From contig OZ024758.1 of NCBI GenBank assembly GCA_964016885.1, forward strand, positions 4,154,001-4,218,000: a stretch of DNA of 64,000 nt, in the 5' to 3' direction. The notes under the pieces are model-generated. The model did no database searches. It was not told the DNA's origin and saw only the letters and a list, made by a program, of their open reading frames with translations. The DNA comes from Eledone cirrhosa. Taxonomy: Eukaryota. How positions within the stretch are numbered: position 1 is the first letter of the stretch; each line of letters opens with the position of its first letter. This document shows, one piece after another, positions 13,801-25,257 of this stretch. The translations under genes and the position numbers were made by a program.

Positions 13801-14346
13801 TCAGGTCACCAGTTGGTGCTACTGGTAACATGTATCCCAGTACAACCTGTCTCATGGTCTGGACATCCTGCAGGACTAAAAACAAAACCTGTCAAAGGGA
13901 AAAGGAGCTCTTAAGAGTCAATGGCCATCCAAAATCACCGGGAGAGATGACCCCTTAGCCTTTGTCAAAGCAGAATTCTAGGAGAAGGAAAACTCTGATA
14001 TAACACCTGCAACTCTGATGGTATCCAATGATGTAGACATGTTCTTCTTTTTGGTAAATATCATCTTGGTTAAGAGAGTGGGACTGGCTTTGTGCAGTGC
14101 CTTTGCTCACTATAAAAGCTTCACGGCACAGGCATGGCTTTATATCTGGAGATCTCTCTGCACTTGTCGTCACATGGTACCATGGGCCCAGCACTGTGTC
14201 AATAATTGTCACAAGTGTAGTGTTTGTACCAGAGTTTTCAAGTCGCTGGCTGGACTAAAAAGTCACACTCGTTCAGCGCATCGGTAGGAGTTCTCCTACA
14301 TGTATATAAAGTAGTGGCCGTACTAGAAAACGAGTTGGCAGCCACC
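13801..14346 (+). mobile_element. Non-autonomous bipartite RTE-derived element in (TATG)n
   Basis: Near-identical to 38780-39377. It has an RTE 5'UTR-like GAAGGAAAACTCTGAT motif, and its 3' end encodes the C2H2 finger HKCSVCTRVFKSLAGLKSHTRSAHR* typical of RTE ORF2 termini. No RT domain is present. (TATG)n lies on both sides. Confidence 0.8.
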
Positions 14347-15807
14347 ATGTATGTATGTATGTATGTATGTATGTATGTATGTATGTATGTGTGTACATGT
14401 GTATGTGTGAGAGTGAAAGTATGAGTGTCTGTAGCTGTGTGTTTTCGTGTGTACAGTACATATTTATATAAACAGTAACGGCAGCATCAGTATTCGATTT
14501 AAAGGAAGAGTAAGTATTTAATAGTCCTTTTCAATCAGTTGTTCTCAAACATTTTTACACATAAAATGCATAGAACAACGGTTTCAAATATAGTGAATAA
14601 GATACTCTAATTAGTATGGTTCAGTTTTTCGTAAATTGTTGACGTAGCTCTCTATATCTGATGTGTACAACTTAAGCATATTTAGAAATTTGAATTAAAA
14701 TGAAAATGTGTTCTAGGTATAAACAGGGGTAAAGAAGAAAAGACGTTTTAAATACGTGATATTTTTTCAGTGATCTCTCGTCAACAAACGGGACTTCATT
14801 CACAATGTTAAAATATATTTGCACGCGAGATGCCAATTTACTCAGTCGTTTAGCATCTCTGTCTATTAACATTTCTCTGTAGTTGGAGAGAAATTGTAAA
14901 TTTATAAGCAGTTTAATATTTCCACCGACGAACAGATATCGGTTTCATCCATACTAAACAAAACCTCACCAGGTTTAAAATATTCCGCCTGCTAAAAATA
15001 TATTTAATTCTTTTAAGCTTTAGATTTGCACTCTAGCCTACGAACGGATATTTATTTACAAAATTTTAAAAAATCCAAGCCATATTCCTTTATCTTCACA
15101 GTGCATAAATTTCATCTCCTCTGAAATTATCTTCAGTAATCCACTAATATTCCCTCTTCCAATCCCCGACCGACGTCAATTCTTTGACATTGCCAAAGAT
15201 GGGAGTTACATAGCGTTTTCTGAAATGATGTTAAACATAAAGAACTTCGTTATATTAATGTCTCAGAAATAGATAAAAAACATATAGAAGTCATAAATGC
15301 AACAAATTGTGTCGGTAATAACTATATCAATGTCATATAGGAATATATTCTACATAATCTAAAGAGAAGAAGTAATAAATATAGATAAACTATCATTTCA
15401 GATACAATAATATCATTCTCACTAGGGACAAATGTTTATGTCACTGTCGGTTAAAAATATTGAATGAGATATTTCATTCCAATACAGATATTTGCTTTTA
15501 TGCAAGCCACCATTGCATGTCTCTTGCATTCAACAATATGCGATACATATACGAGAAAAAGATCTAACGCAGATATTTTCTGTAACATCTGAGGAACTCG
15601 AATATAACATATTTCTCTTCAGACGTGAATGCATGAGAAAATATAACGCTAACCAACATTTGAATATTGAATAATTAAGTTAAATGTCTCTGGGTTGGGC
15701 GGTACAGATAGCATAGTAACATAACGGATCTACAAATATTCTTCGGAATTCATTCTCTTGGTTCATACCATACGAAGAGCGAACCGTCTTGAGAATGTAC
15801 ACACACA

Positions 15808-16057
15808 TATTCTAGGGCGGGTAAAATTCCCGAGATCCATGGACGATTTCTCTCCAGAGGTCTCTGTCCCTCATTATCGCTGCCATGTCCAGTGTCTGTC
15901 CTTAGGGCATCAACATACGTTAACGTTGGTCTTCCTCTTCCAGTGTGTCCATATGGGGGATCCCACAGGAGCACTGAGTGCAATTTCAACTCTGGATGTC
16001 GGTGAGCATGTCCAGCTAACCTCAGTCTCCTCTGTGTCACTTTTGAGCTGACCTTTG

Positions 16058-16058
<1 letters not shown>
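15808..16058 (-). mobile_element. RTE-clade LINE 3' fragment
   Basis: ORF 15750-16169 contains QRRLRLAGHAHRHPE...LLWDPPYGHTGRGRPTLTYVD, an RTE C-terminal signature. Confidence 0.85.
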
Positions 16059-16092
<34 letters not shown>

Positions 16093-16437
16093 GTGATGAT
16101 GGACCAGCGGCACGAAACGTTATAACTTTTTACTAGTACAGTAAAGGTGAAATTAATATACATCTTCATTGATCTTCATCGCCTGTTGTGTTTTGCCGTT
16201 TACTTTTCACACACACACACACACACACACACAAAATATTACACATATATATATATATATACATTTATACATATGTAAGTATATATGTATGTGTGTTTCT
16301 AAACTGTATGTATGGTTAAAAACTGAGCTTTGCTTGGAAGCTCTGTGTTGGGTCTCATCAAGAAACAAGCAGAAACGAATCCGTTCGTGAAAGAGTAAGC
16401 TACAACTGCTCTATCTATTTCACTATTGGGTTATAGA

Positions 16438-16872
16438 CTTTTTCTGCTTCCATTTACTTTGATCCTCGCAGATAATAGACGAAATATTTCTTATTTACTT
16501 TTTACTGTAACATCTCGCATCACATTCTTTCATATGTTTTGTAGTGTTTTGTCCCTTTTCCTGATCCCAGTTGCGTTGATCCTCGCAGATAATAGACAAA
16601 ATCCTTATTTATTATTTACTTTTTACTGTAACATCTCATATCATATTCCTTCATCTGTTTTCTAGTATTTTGTTCCCCTTTTCCCATTCCGAGTTACGTT
16701 AATCCTCGCAGATAATAGACGGAATCCTTATTATTTACTTGTTACTGTAACGTCTTGGATCACATTCCTTCATCTATTTTCTAGTTGTTTGTCCCTTTTC
16801 CTACTTCCAGTTACGATGATCTTCGTGGATAACAGACGATATAATTCTCATTTACTTTTTACTGTATCATCT
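16438..16872. repeat. Tandem repeat of about 119 bp, nearly 4 copies
   Basis: A GATCCTCGCAGATAATAGAC-like anchor occurs at 16461, 16578, 16701 and 16818. Confidence 0.9.
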
Positions 16873-17214
16873 ACTAACACATCCATTTGGTTTATTTTTA
16901 ATTTTATTTATGTTCATATCTTTCATTCTTTCACTTTGTCTTTCGTTGGTTTCATGGTTTTTAACATTTCCAATTTTCTTTTAACATGTATCGTTATATT
17001 TCCTTGTAATTCTTGCTAGGAAAAAAAAATCTACGTTTTGTCATTTATGGTTCATTCATTGCAATATATTTCTGCCTAAATACCATAAACCTATCGCATA
17101 TAGAAATTTTAGATACGAATTTTCAATTGCTGGCACCCTCATAAATATACATACATACATAAACACACACATATATATATGTTCACACATAAACACTCAT
17201 ACGCACACACAAGC

Positions 17215-17245
<31 letters not shown>

Positions 17246-17793
17246 CTCGAATACATATACCAACACACGCACACACAAACATATACACACACATATACAC
17301 TCAATCACGCACACAAACTCATATACACAAACACACACAAATATACACGATTATACCAATACATACACACACGCACAAATACACAAACACAAAAATACAC
17401 TCTAACACACATAGAAAATCTCTCTCTCTCATATTCTTTCTGTGTCTCTCATTTCACCATTCCCTCAATATTCTATTCTCTCTATAATTCCTTGCCTTCC
17501 TTATTAATTTAAGAGAAATTCTCCTTTTATATCTATTTCTATATTTATATTTATTCCATATCTAGCTTCCATACTTGTCACATTCATAGATTCTCTGTTG
17601 ACTTAGAATATGTATTTTATAATATATATTTTTTGCTGTATTTTTTCCCATTTTTCTTTCCATCTCTCCATTACTCCCTCTCTTTCTTCATTTGCCACTT
17701 TTCCAATTTTTTCCGTTCACTTTTTTTATTTATATGAGTCCATTTTATATTTCTCATCGACCCCATCTCAAGTTAATTTACTATTTACATTCT

Positions 17794-17950
17794 AGGCGGT
17801 GAATTGTCAGATTCGTTAGAATATAAGATAGAATACTTTGTAGTATTTTTTCCGTCTCTCATGTCGTTGAGTTCAAATACGTCTGAGGTCAACGTTGCCT
17901 TTCACCCTTTCTAGGTCGATAAAAACTTACTAGTCTAGATATTGGGGTTC
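17794..17950 (+). mobile_element. Old SINE family A-related copy
   Basis: GGCGGTGAATTGTCAGATTCGTTAG head, GAGTTCAAAT box B and GCCTTTCACCCTTTCTAGGTCGATAAAA core. Confidence 0.7.
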
Positions 17951-17977
17951 ATTCTGCCACTAAATCACTTTCTCGTC

Positions 17978-18043
17978 TCTCCTTCACCTTCTCTCCTTCA
18001 CATTCTACCCTTCACATTCTCTCCTTCACATTTTCTCCTTCAC
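17978..18043. repeat. 14-bp minisatellite CTCTCCTTCACATT (about 5 units)
   Basis: Directly visible. Confidence 0.85.
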
Positions 18044-18220
18044 TGTATTAAAATTTTAGCAGGTCAATTTAATTGACATGTATACTCAATTCGTCAAAGA
18101 AAACGATCACAAACGATCTATTGAGGAAATGCTTGTGGACTTTCAGTTTAAAATAGACATTTAATGATACATGCCTGTGCATGAGTGATTACTAATTTAT
18201 TAATATTTGATAAATATGAA

Positions 18221-18313
18221 TAATTATTTCTGCTTTTGGCACAAGGCCAGCAATTATCCCAGTGCATTACTGGTACTTTATTTTTCGACACCGTAAGGAT
18301 GAAAGGCAAAGTT
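18221..18313 (-). mobile_element. SINE family A, 5'-truncated
   Basis: Only the tail and core are present. Confidence 0.85.
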
Positions 18314-19028
18314 ATAAATAATACTTGGAAAAATTCTATAAGCGAAGTAGTGAAGATACCGTATCGGTTCCAGTGACAATCAACAGTCTTAGTTACAAGT
18401 ATGAAAATACACTCTTGACAGGTGCAATGTGTCAGAACACGGAAGAGCCGAATTCCCACCGTCATCGCCCCCATCTCTCTCGTCCTACCCATCTCTCTGT
18501 ATAGTGAGCAAATAGGGTCCTACGTGCTGGCCGCCCCACAATCCCGGCGGACAGAATGGAGAAGGCGTTTCCCCGGAGGATGGTGAAGGAGATGCGCTGG
18601 AAGGTGTATAAAACATTTCTTCAGGTGTGTGTATTTAAACAAACGTATGTTTTTCTATCCAATATATATGGTTATATGCGTTTGTTTATATATCTATTTT
18701 ACTTCGTATTTAAACATGGGTGTATCTTATTTTACTTCAGTTGATCTACGTATCACTGTGCAATACAACTTAATGGGTAATAGCTTAGACTCGCTGCTGT
18801 TTATATGTATATTTGATTGTGATGGGTGTCACAATAATGTCAATTATAGAGTTGCTACATTTGAGAGCCTAATAGACCGGGGATATTAAATACGACCTGT
18901 ATATAGCTTCTTCTGTTAACTTCTGTGACGGATAACAATTTAAATCTTTATCAAGCGTCTTAATGTCGTTGTATATGTCATTCTGAGCAGTCACCAAGTA
19001 TTCCTTCATGTGCAAACGCAGAAACAAA

Positions 19029-19070
19029 TATAATCACAAACATGGAAAAGCAAGTAATCGTAAGAAAGAA

Positions 19071-19104
<34 letters not shown>

Positions 19105-19143
19105 CTTTCTTACAATCACTTGCTTTTCCATTTTGTGATTATA
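19029..19143. repeat. Inverted repeat (about 44-bp arms) centred on (TA)n
   Basis: 19029-19072 versus the reverse complement of 19101-19143 shows 2 substitutions and 1 indel. Confidence 0.9.
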
Positions 19144-19181
19144 TATATATATATATATATTGGAAAAGTAAATAACAACAA

Positions 19182-19287
<106 letters not shown>

Positions 19288-19528
19288 GTGCAGGGATATA
19301 TCAACTGAGAAAGAATTAGAATAAGTGTTCTGTATATTCAAGAATAATTCATGGCAAAATTCTCTACAATTTCACTTTGTACTAAGATATTGTCTTAAAT
19401 ATAACTTGGTTGGAAATTGGGCAAAGAATCAAATTGAGAGAATATGTGAATGATAAGTATAAAGCTTAGGAAACGTATCCTTAGGCACCTCTATTCTTAA
19501 TAAATACGAGGAAATTGTTTCCTACATT

Positions 19529-19588
<60 letters not shown>

Positions 19589-19609
19589 CTATGTGTGTGT
19601 ATGTATGTA

Positions 19610-19790
19610 AAAGGTAAACAGAAATAACAACACAAACAGTACAGTATATGGAAGAAATATATGAGGTTACCGCTTGAAATAGCAGGAAGAAGGACTTAAC
19701 GTTTCCGATGCTAGTCCTTCATCAGCAGAAAGAATGAGAAATGAGAAAGATTGAAAGTACGGGCTGGGAGGAATTAGAAAATAATGTCTT
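19610..19790 (-). mobile_element. Putative Penelope-like terminal fragment with degenerate hammerhead motif
   Basis: Minus strand CTGATGAAGGACTAGCATCGGAAACGTTAAGTC, next to (TA)n. Stems I and II are imperfect. Confidence 0.45.
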
Positions 19791-20956
19791 TAGATAAATA
19801 TAATAGGTCAATTCATACATTAATATATGTGTGTGTGTGCGTATACACATATGAAGTAAGCACACTAGCAAACGCACACACATATACACATACACAAGTC
19901 ATTTGTAACTCTTCCATTTTAAGTGCGCTGTTATGTTTCGGTAAGGATTTTTAATGTGCACGGAATATGTCTAGTATTTTCATGCTGCCTGTGTGGGGGG
20001 GGAGGGGGGAGGTCTAGGCAAATTAACTGTAGAAAAAGCCCTCTCCAAATTATGTATACTCTCTACCATATTGTTTCTTTACCTGATTCCCCCCCCCCAA
20101 ATAAGGAACCAACGTTATCCCATATAACCTCTTGTGTTTGCGTTCGACAGTGGTGTCTGGCCATGCTGGTGCAACACTGTTGGAATTGGCGTGGGGGGGG
20201 GGGGGGGTTCTTGGCTGGAGAAACTTCATAACAAACGTTACATTTTCAAAATATTTATAAAAAATCTTTCACATATATTCCCTGCTGGCATAGTGAAATT
20301 TTTCATCTTTTATGTCAAATGATCTACAATATTTCCTATTTTTTTCCAAAATGTATTATTTTATTTTATTATAATATATTAACTACACAGACATTTGTTC
20401 GATTCGTGGTTTCATATATTATTTAACTCACACTTATATTTCTTCCACTCCCCACTCCCTGAAACTTTCTCTCCCCTACACACTCACTCATTCACTACCG
20501 TACTCACCTCCTCCTCCACTCCCCTACTCAGCACTCTTTCCCTCTCCTACTTATTCATTCTCTCACCTCCTTACTCACACTTTCACTCAATCGATCACTA
20601 ACATAATCACTCCCTCACTTTCTTATATGTCTCTTCATCATATTCTCTATCTCTCTGATTCTATATTCGATATTTTTTTTTAATTATACTAATGGAATTG
20701 TCTGAATATTTTGTTATTTTTATCGTCAATATTTTGATTATCGATCTTGAAACTTTATCATATAATGAATAACAATCTCATCTAAATCTCTGTCTTTGAC
20801 CAAATTATTTTCTCTCTTGGGTCAAAGATTGTTGATGTGTTTTACACGTTAATTTTTCAATAGTTAACATTTGAGTAAATATTATTTACACAACTAACAT
20901 GTATGTAAATATTTGACCTATATAGCACACGAAAGATTAAATATATTATGTGCATA

Positions 20957-21308
20957 TAAATTTGAGTGAATTCCGTCTGTCCGTCGTACACTAGAGACGA
21001 CTGAGGAAGAAAGGGGTGATGGCGTCACGCACTAGAAATGACTGGGGAAGAAAGGGGTGATGGCGTCACACACTAGAGATGACTGAGGAAAGAAGGGTCG
21101 ATGACGTCACAGAGTAGAGATGATTGAGGAAGAAACGTTCGATGACGTCACGCACTAGAGATGACTGAGGAGGGAAGGGGCGATGACGTCACACACTAAA
21201 GATGACATCACGCATTAGAGATTACTGAGGAAGGAAGTGTGATGGCGTCACACACTAGAGATGACTGAGGAAGGAAAGGATGACGTCGCGCATTAGAGAT
21301 GATTGAGT
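20957..21308. repeat. 41-bp CRE-containing minisatellite array (about 7-8 units)
   Basis: Unit approximately ACACTAGAGATGACTGAGGAAGGAAGGGGTGATGACGTCAC. It shares a 29-bp leader with the array at 2275. Confidence 0.9.
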
Positions 21309-21385
21309 CTGTCAGGCTATTTTATTTTAAAATCGATATATAAATTCACATATATATAACGATACTATTTGAAATTCAACTATAA

Positions 21386-21574
21386 GTTTTCTACTTTTGG
21401 CACAAGGCCAGCAATTATCACAGCGCATTACTAGTACTTTATTTTATTGACCCCGTAAGGATTAAAAGCAAAGTTAACCTCGGCGGGATTTGAACTCAGA
21501 TCATAAATAGCCATATCTCTATGCAGCAAAGCGTGGTGTTTGACGCTCTACCGATACTGCCAATCCAAGACCCC
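21386..21574 (-). mobile_element. SINE family A, full length with TSD
   Basis: Colinear with the other copies. TSD AATTC(A/T)ACTATAA at 21373-21385 and 21575-21587. Confidence 0.9.
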
Positions 21575-21606
21575 AATTCTACTATAATTACAATGTAGAT
21601 CTAGAA

Positions 21607-21894
21607 CTTTCATAGGCAACCTGCGGCCTACGAAGCTTTCTGAATGGTTCGCCTAAGTCACCTAAGTGAAATCTTTTTGATATTTTACCCCAACTTTTCA
21701 GTCGTAATTTATTTTTCTATCATTTTTTACAATCGAAGAAAAAAACGTGTACGAATTCTGAAAAAACAAATAAGAACAACCCGAGTTGACGCCCTTTTTT
21801 AATGTGGGCACGCATGTAAATTAGCGCTTGCAGCCCGACTGATGATGAGCCATATCTCATGCGGGCCGCTTCTCGAAAAAGGTTGCCATGCCTG
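21607..21894 (+). mobile_element. hAT (Charlie-like) MITE
   Basis: Perfect 8-bp TSD ATCTAGAA at 21599-21606 and 21895-21902 fits the NTCTAGAN hAT target. Degenerate TIRs CATAGGCAAC / GTTGCCATGCCTG. A second partial copy lies at 4129. Confidence 0.8.
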
Positions 21895-22223
21895 ATCTAG
21901 AATATCATACGACAATTATACAAAGTGATTATGTTATTCTACGAATATTTTGGATACTTCATATAATTATTATTCGCTTATTTGTATAATTTTCTATGCT
22001 TCTTTAAATTTACGAAAAACAATTTTCACAAACATTGTTGTAGTGATTAACTCTAATTATTATCACATGGTCTGTACTAAACACTTCTCAGTTTTTAAAT
22101 TCTCTGAATGATTCATAAGTTCACCACTTCCCATCTCACCCACCCAACCCTTTATATATATATATATTTCGCTTTTTAATTTGTTTAGCAAGATTCTTTA
22201 TCTGGAAACGTGTGTTGAAACCG

Positions 22224-22442
22224 ATATTTTTATGCTTTGGGAGGGTCACTGAAGAGGTCACAGATTGTGTGACGAAGGAACTTTGACAATATATGAACAA
22301 CCATCCGGTTGTGGAACCAACCAAACAACCGGAAATTTATAAATTCTTAAATTTATACATTTAATTTATAATAAATTGGAGTAAAACAACTGGTGCGTGT
22401 GTTTCTTATTGGCAACATGACCCTCCCAAAGCATAACAATAT
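22224..22442 (+). mobile_element. TA-associated family D: inverted ends plus hammerhead-like motif (Penelope-like)
   Basis: 22224-22248 matches the reverse complement of 22418-22442 at 24/25 positions and is immediately followed by CTGAAGA-G-GTCACA-GATTG-TGTGAC-GAAG. A homologue lies at 36660-36830. Confidence 0.6.
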
Positions 22443-22463
22443 ATATATATATATATATACATA

Positions 22464-22644
22464 CAGGAACCCGGCGGCTGAGCTCCGGCCGTTTTGACTA
22501 CTAAATCCGTATCTAGTTGTCGAAACGGCAGGAGCTCAGCCGTCGGGGTCCTGACTATTTTCTTATTACCCACTCTACTACTCTAAGTATCGAGTACTCT
22601 GGTGTGTCATGGTCCACCTGGTATATTACCACGCCTTCTTTGTT
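22464..22644 (+). mobile_element. TA-embedded family B: hairpin plus tail with partial hammerhead fold
   Basis: 43-bp arms at 22464-22506 and 22511-22553 (37/43 complementary), then a tail of about 90 nt ending in (TA)n. Contains GAAACGGC-loop-GCCGTC. Confidence 0.85.
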
Positions 22645-22907
22645 ATATATATATATAGAGAGAGAGAGATATAGGTTGGATATTGAATATGGAATTTTCA
22701 CGGATCCTTATTCATAACGACCATGCTACACACTTCCACCATATGTGGTGGCCATGATTGGAACCAGAAAACAATGGTAGCCCATACGCGTTATATGTAT
22801 GAGGCTTTGTTTATACTATATATATTATAATAACAGATTAAAGTCTAAGCAAAGAATCGCTGCTTTCACCCTTCGTGGGATCTTCTGAATATTTGCTCTC
22901 ACGGGTT

Positions 22908-22939
<32 letters not shown>

Positions 22940-23393
22940 ATCCTTATCGAGCCCTCTTCGGATTTTAGTCTCCACATTTATTATTATAATATATATATAT
23001 ATATATATATGTAGTGGTTATATTTAATTTGTTGGGATACAACAAGCAAAATATTTGTATAACTGATATAAAGCACTCAACAAATTAATTGGAGTAAATA
23101 TACAATATATTATATTTTATCTAGTGAAAGCGCACCATAATCTGCCTTGGTGACCCTTGAAATATGTATAATGAAATAAATATGGTTTTATATATATATA
23201 TATATATATATAAATTAGATTAAATTACGGATGTCATGTCTGAGAATATTCTTTATTGAAAAGGTATCTATATTATTGTTTGTAATATGTTATCTCCGTA
23301 ACTCTGTATATTGACACTCTTCACAAAACATCATTTATAACTATTTGTTGTGTTTATTTTATATACATACATCATCATACTTTTAATTTGATA

Positions 23394-23456
<63 letters not shown>

Positions 23457-23580
23457 AACCTGGCTATTGATTGCGAGATAAAAATAAAGCAGATTTGAGT
23501 ATATAGTTGGGATAATATCATTCAGTAATTTTAACATGTTTAACCCTCTCTATAATGTAAGGGACGATCTACTTAAACTG

Positions 23581-23709
23581 TTTTATCGACCCTGTAAGGA
23601 TGAAAGGCAAAGCCGAGGTTAACTTTGCCTTTCATCCTTACGTGGTCGATGAAATAAAGTACCAGTAATACACTGGGATAATTGCTGGCCTTGTGCCAAA
23701 AGTAGAAAT
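23581..23709 (+). mobile_element. SINE family A 3' half with fold-back inverted duplication
   Basis: 23581-23612 is the reverse complement of 23623-23654 (29/32) with a 10-nt spacer. The SINE tail follows. Confidence 0.85.
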
Positions 23710-24993
23710 AATACAGAAAAGTCCACTATGATATATCCTAAGATAAGGTAAGTAGATAGGTACATATATATATATATATGGATAGAGAGTGTGTATTTAG
23801 AAGGAGAACGACAAGAAGAAATAAGGAAGGTATCTATTGATGTATACAATGTTAGTGAGTGTATATGTAAATATATATCATTGACTTCATCTTCAATCAA
23901 CTTTTAACTTTGGAGTTTTATAAACTTTCATTCCGTTTCTAAAATCAGCGATGGCGATGTCTCTTATTAGTACACTACTGTAAATACAGACAGCTTTTTC
24001 ATTAAGAAATTGCTCAAGTTAAAAAAAAAAACGTTCTATTTATCTTTCACTTCTTTAGAATTCACTAGAAGAAATTTAAGCAGTAATAACAATGCAAAAT
24101 CGCTTTCGTTTTATACTTCCCACATTTTTCTTTCTTTTGTTCTTTTTGCTTTTATTTAATCCGTTCTTTCTTTTGATTGCCTATCTTTTAAAAGTATCAT
24201 GAAATAACATTAAAATTATTTGAAGGAAATGTCTAAGGAAATGTTTAGCATGAAAGAGTTCATTATTTGAGGAAACCGTCAATAAGCCTGACCCTCAGGT
24301 TAAATATTCTGAAAAGTTTTACCATATTAATACTTTCTATTGAGACTGTTTTCATTTCCCTTCGGTAGACTTATAGTTTAACCAATCAGATGCATTGATT
24401 GAACACCGTGTTTCCAATATTATCTAATCAGATAGACGTTAAGCTTTAGGCAATAATAGCCAACGTACGTTTAGAATAATCATTTGAACGTCAGTAGCCA
24501 AATTAGTACTACTGGACATAAGAGGCTGCAAATGTTCTTCCAGTGAACAAAAATGATAAGTTGTATTGGCGGCAGAAAATGCAAATATGGAATTCTTCAA
24601 TTGGCAGTCATTACTTAAGCCAAACGTGAATAAACATAGAAACTATAGTTATTTATTAGCTGAATTTTCCTTTCAAGAAACAATGAATAATCTCTTAAGC
24701 TAACTTTCTAAAAGTTACCTTATTATTATTTTACAATGAGAGTTTCAAAGATAAATCTAATTTAAATATGGAAACAATGTTTAAAAAGAAAAGAAAATGG
24801 TTCAGAACTCACGCATCTCAGAGTTTTGATGATAAGTAAATTTTATATGATCGTCGAATATAAAATATTCAAAGTAAATCTCTTTTCATCTTCTCCGGGA
24901 TTTGATATAATAATGTAGTACTCCAAACATCTTAGGAGGAAACATAAAAGTTCTTAATAATTTATTCTTCCTTCGAATTTGATGTTGCTTTTC

Positions 24994-25031
<38 letters not shown>

Positions 25032-25035
<4 letters not shown>

Positions 25036-25208
25036 AACGTGTGGTAAGAAATCAGGTGGACCATAACGCACCAGAGTACTCGATATTTAGGGTAATAGAG
25101 AGGGTAATAAGAAAAGTGTCCGGACCCCGACGGCTGAGCTCCGGTTGTTTCGACAGCTAGATCAGAACAGTTCGGCCGAATCTCAGTCGTAGGTGTCCTC
25201 ACTCTTAT

Positions 25209-25211
<3 letters not shown>
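25032..25211 (-). mobile_element. TA-embedded family B copy
   Basis: Plus strand GTGTGGTAAGA..CAGGTGGACCATAACGCACCAGAGTACTCGATA followed by the hairpin. (TA)n on both sides. Confidence 0.85.

Positions 25212-25257
<46 letters not shown>

Noticed and set aside
13019-13958. Long Y/I/C/V-rich ORFs (also 31967-32914, 55599-56548, 4222-4828, 51867-52438)
   Set aside because: They are translations of (TA)n/(CA)n/(GA)n repeats, which lack stop codons in several frames. They are not genes.
14018-14287. Host C2H2 zinc-finger gene
   Set aside because: It is a single finger at the 3' end of a repeated RTE-derived element and is frameshifted in the second copy.
14536-14581. Tiny hAT MITE (CAGTTGTTCT / AGAACAACGG)
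   Set aside because: The TIR is only 10 bp with a mismatch and the flanking 8-mers differ, so it could be chance.
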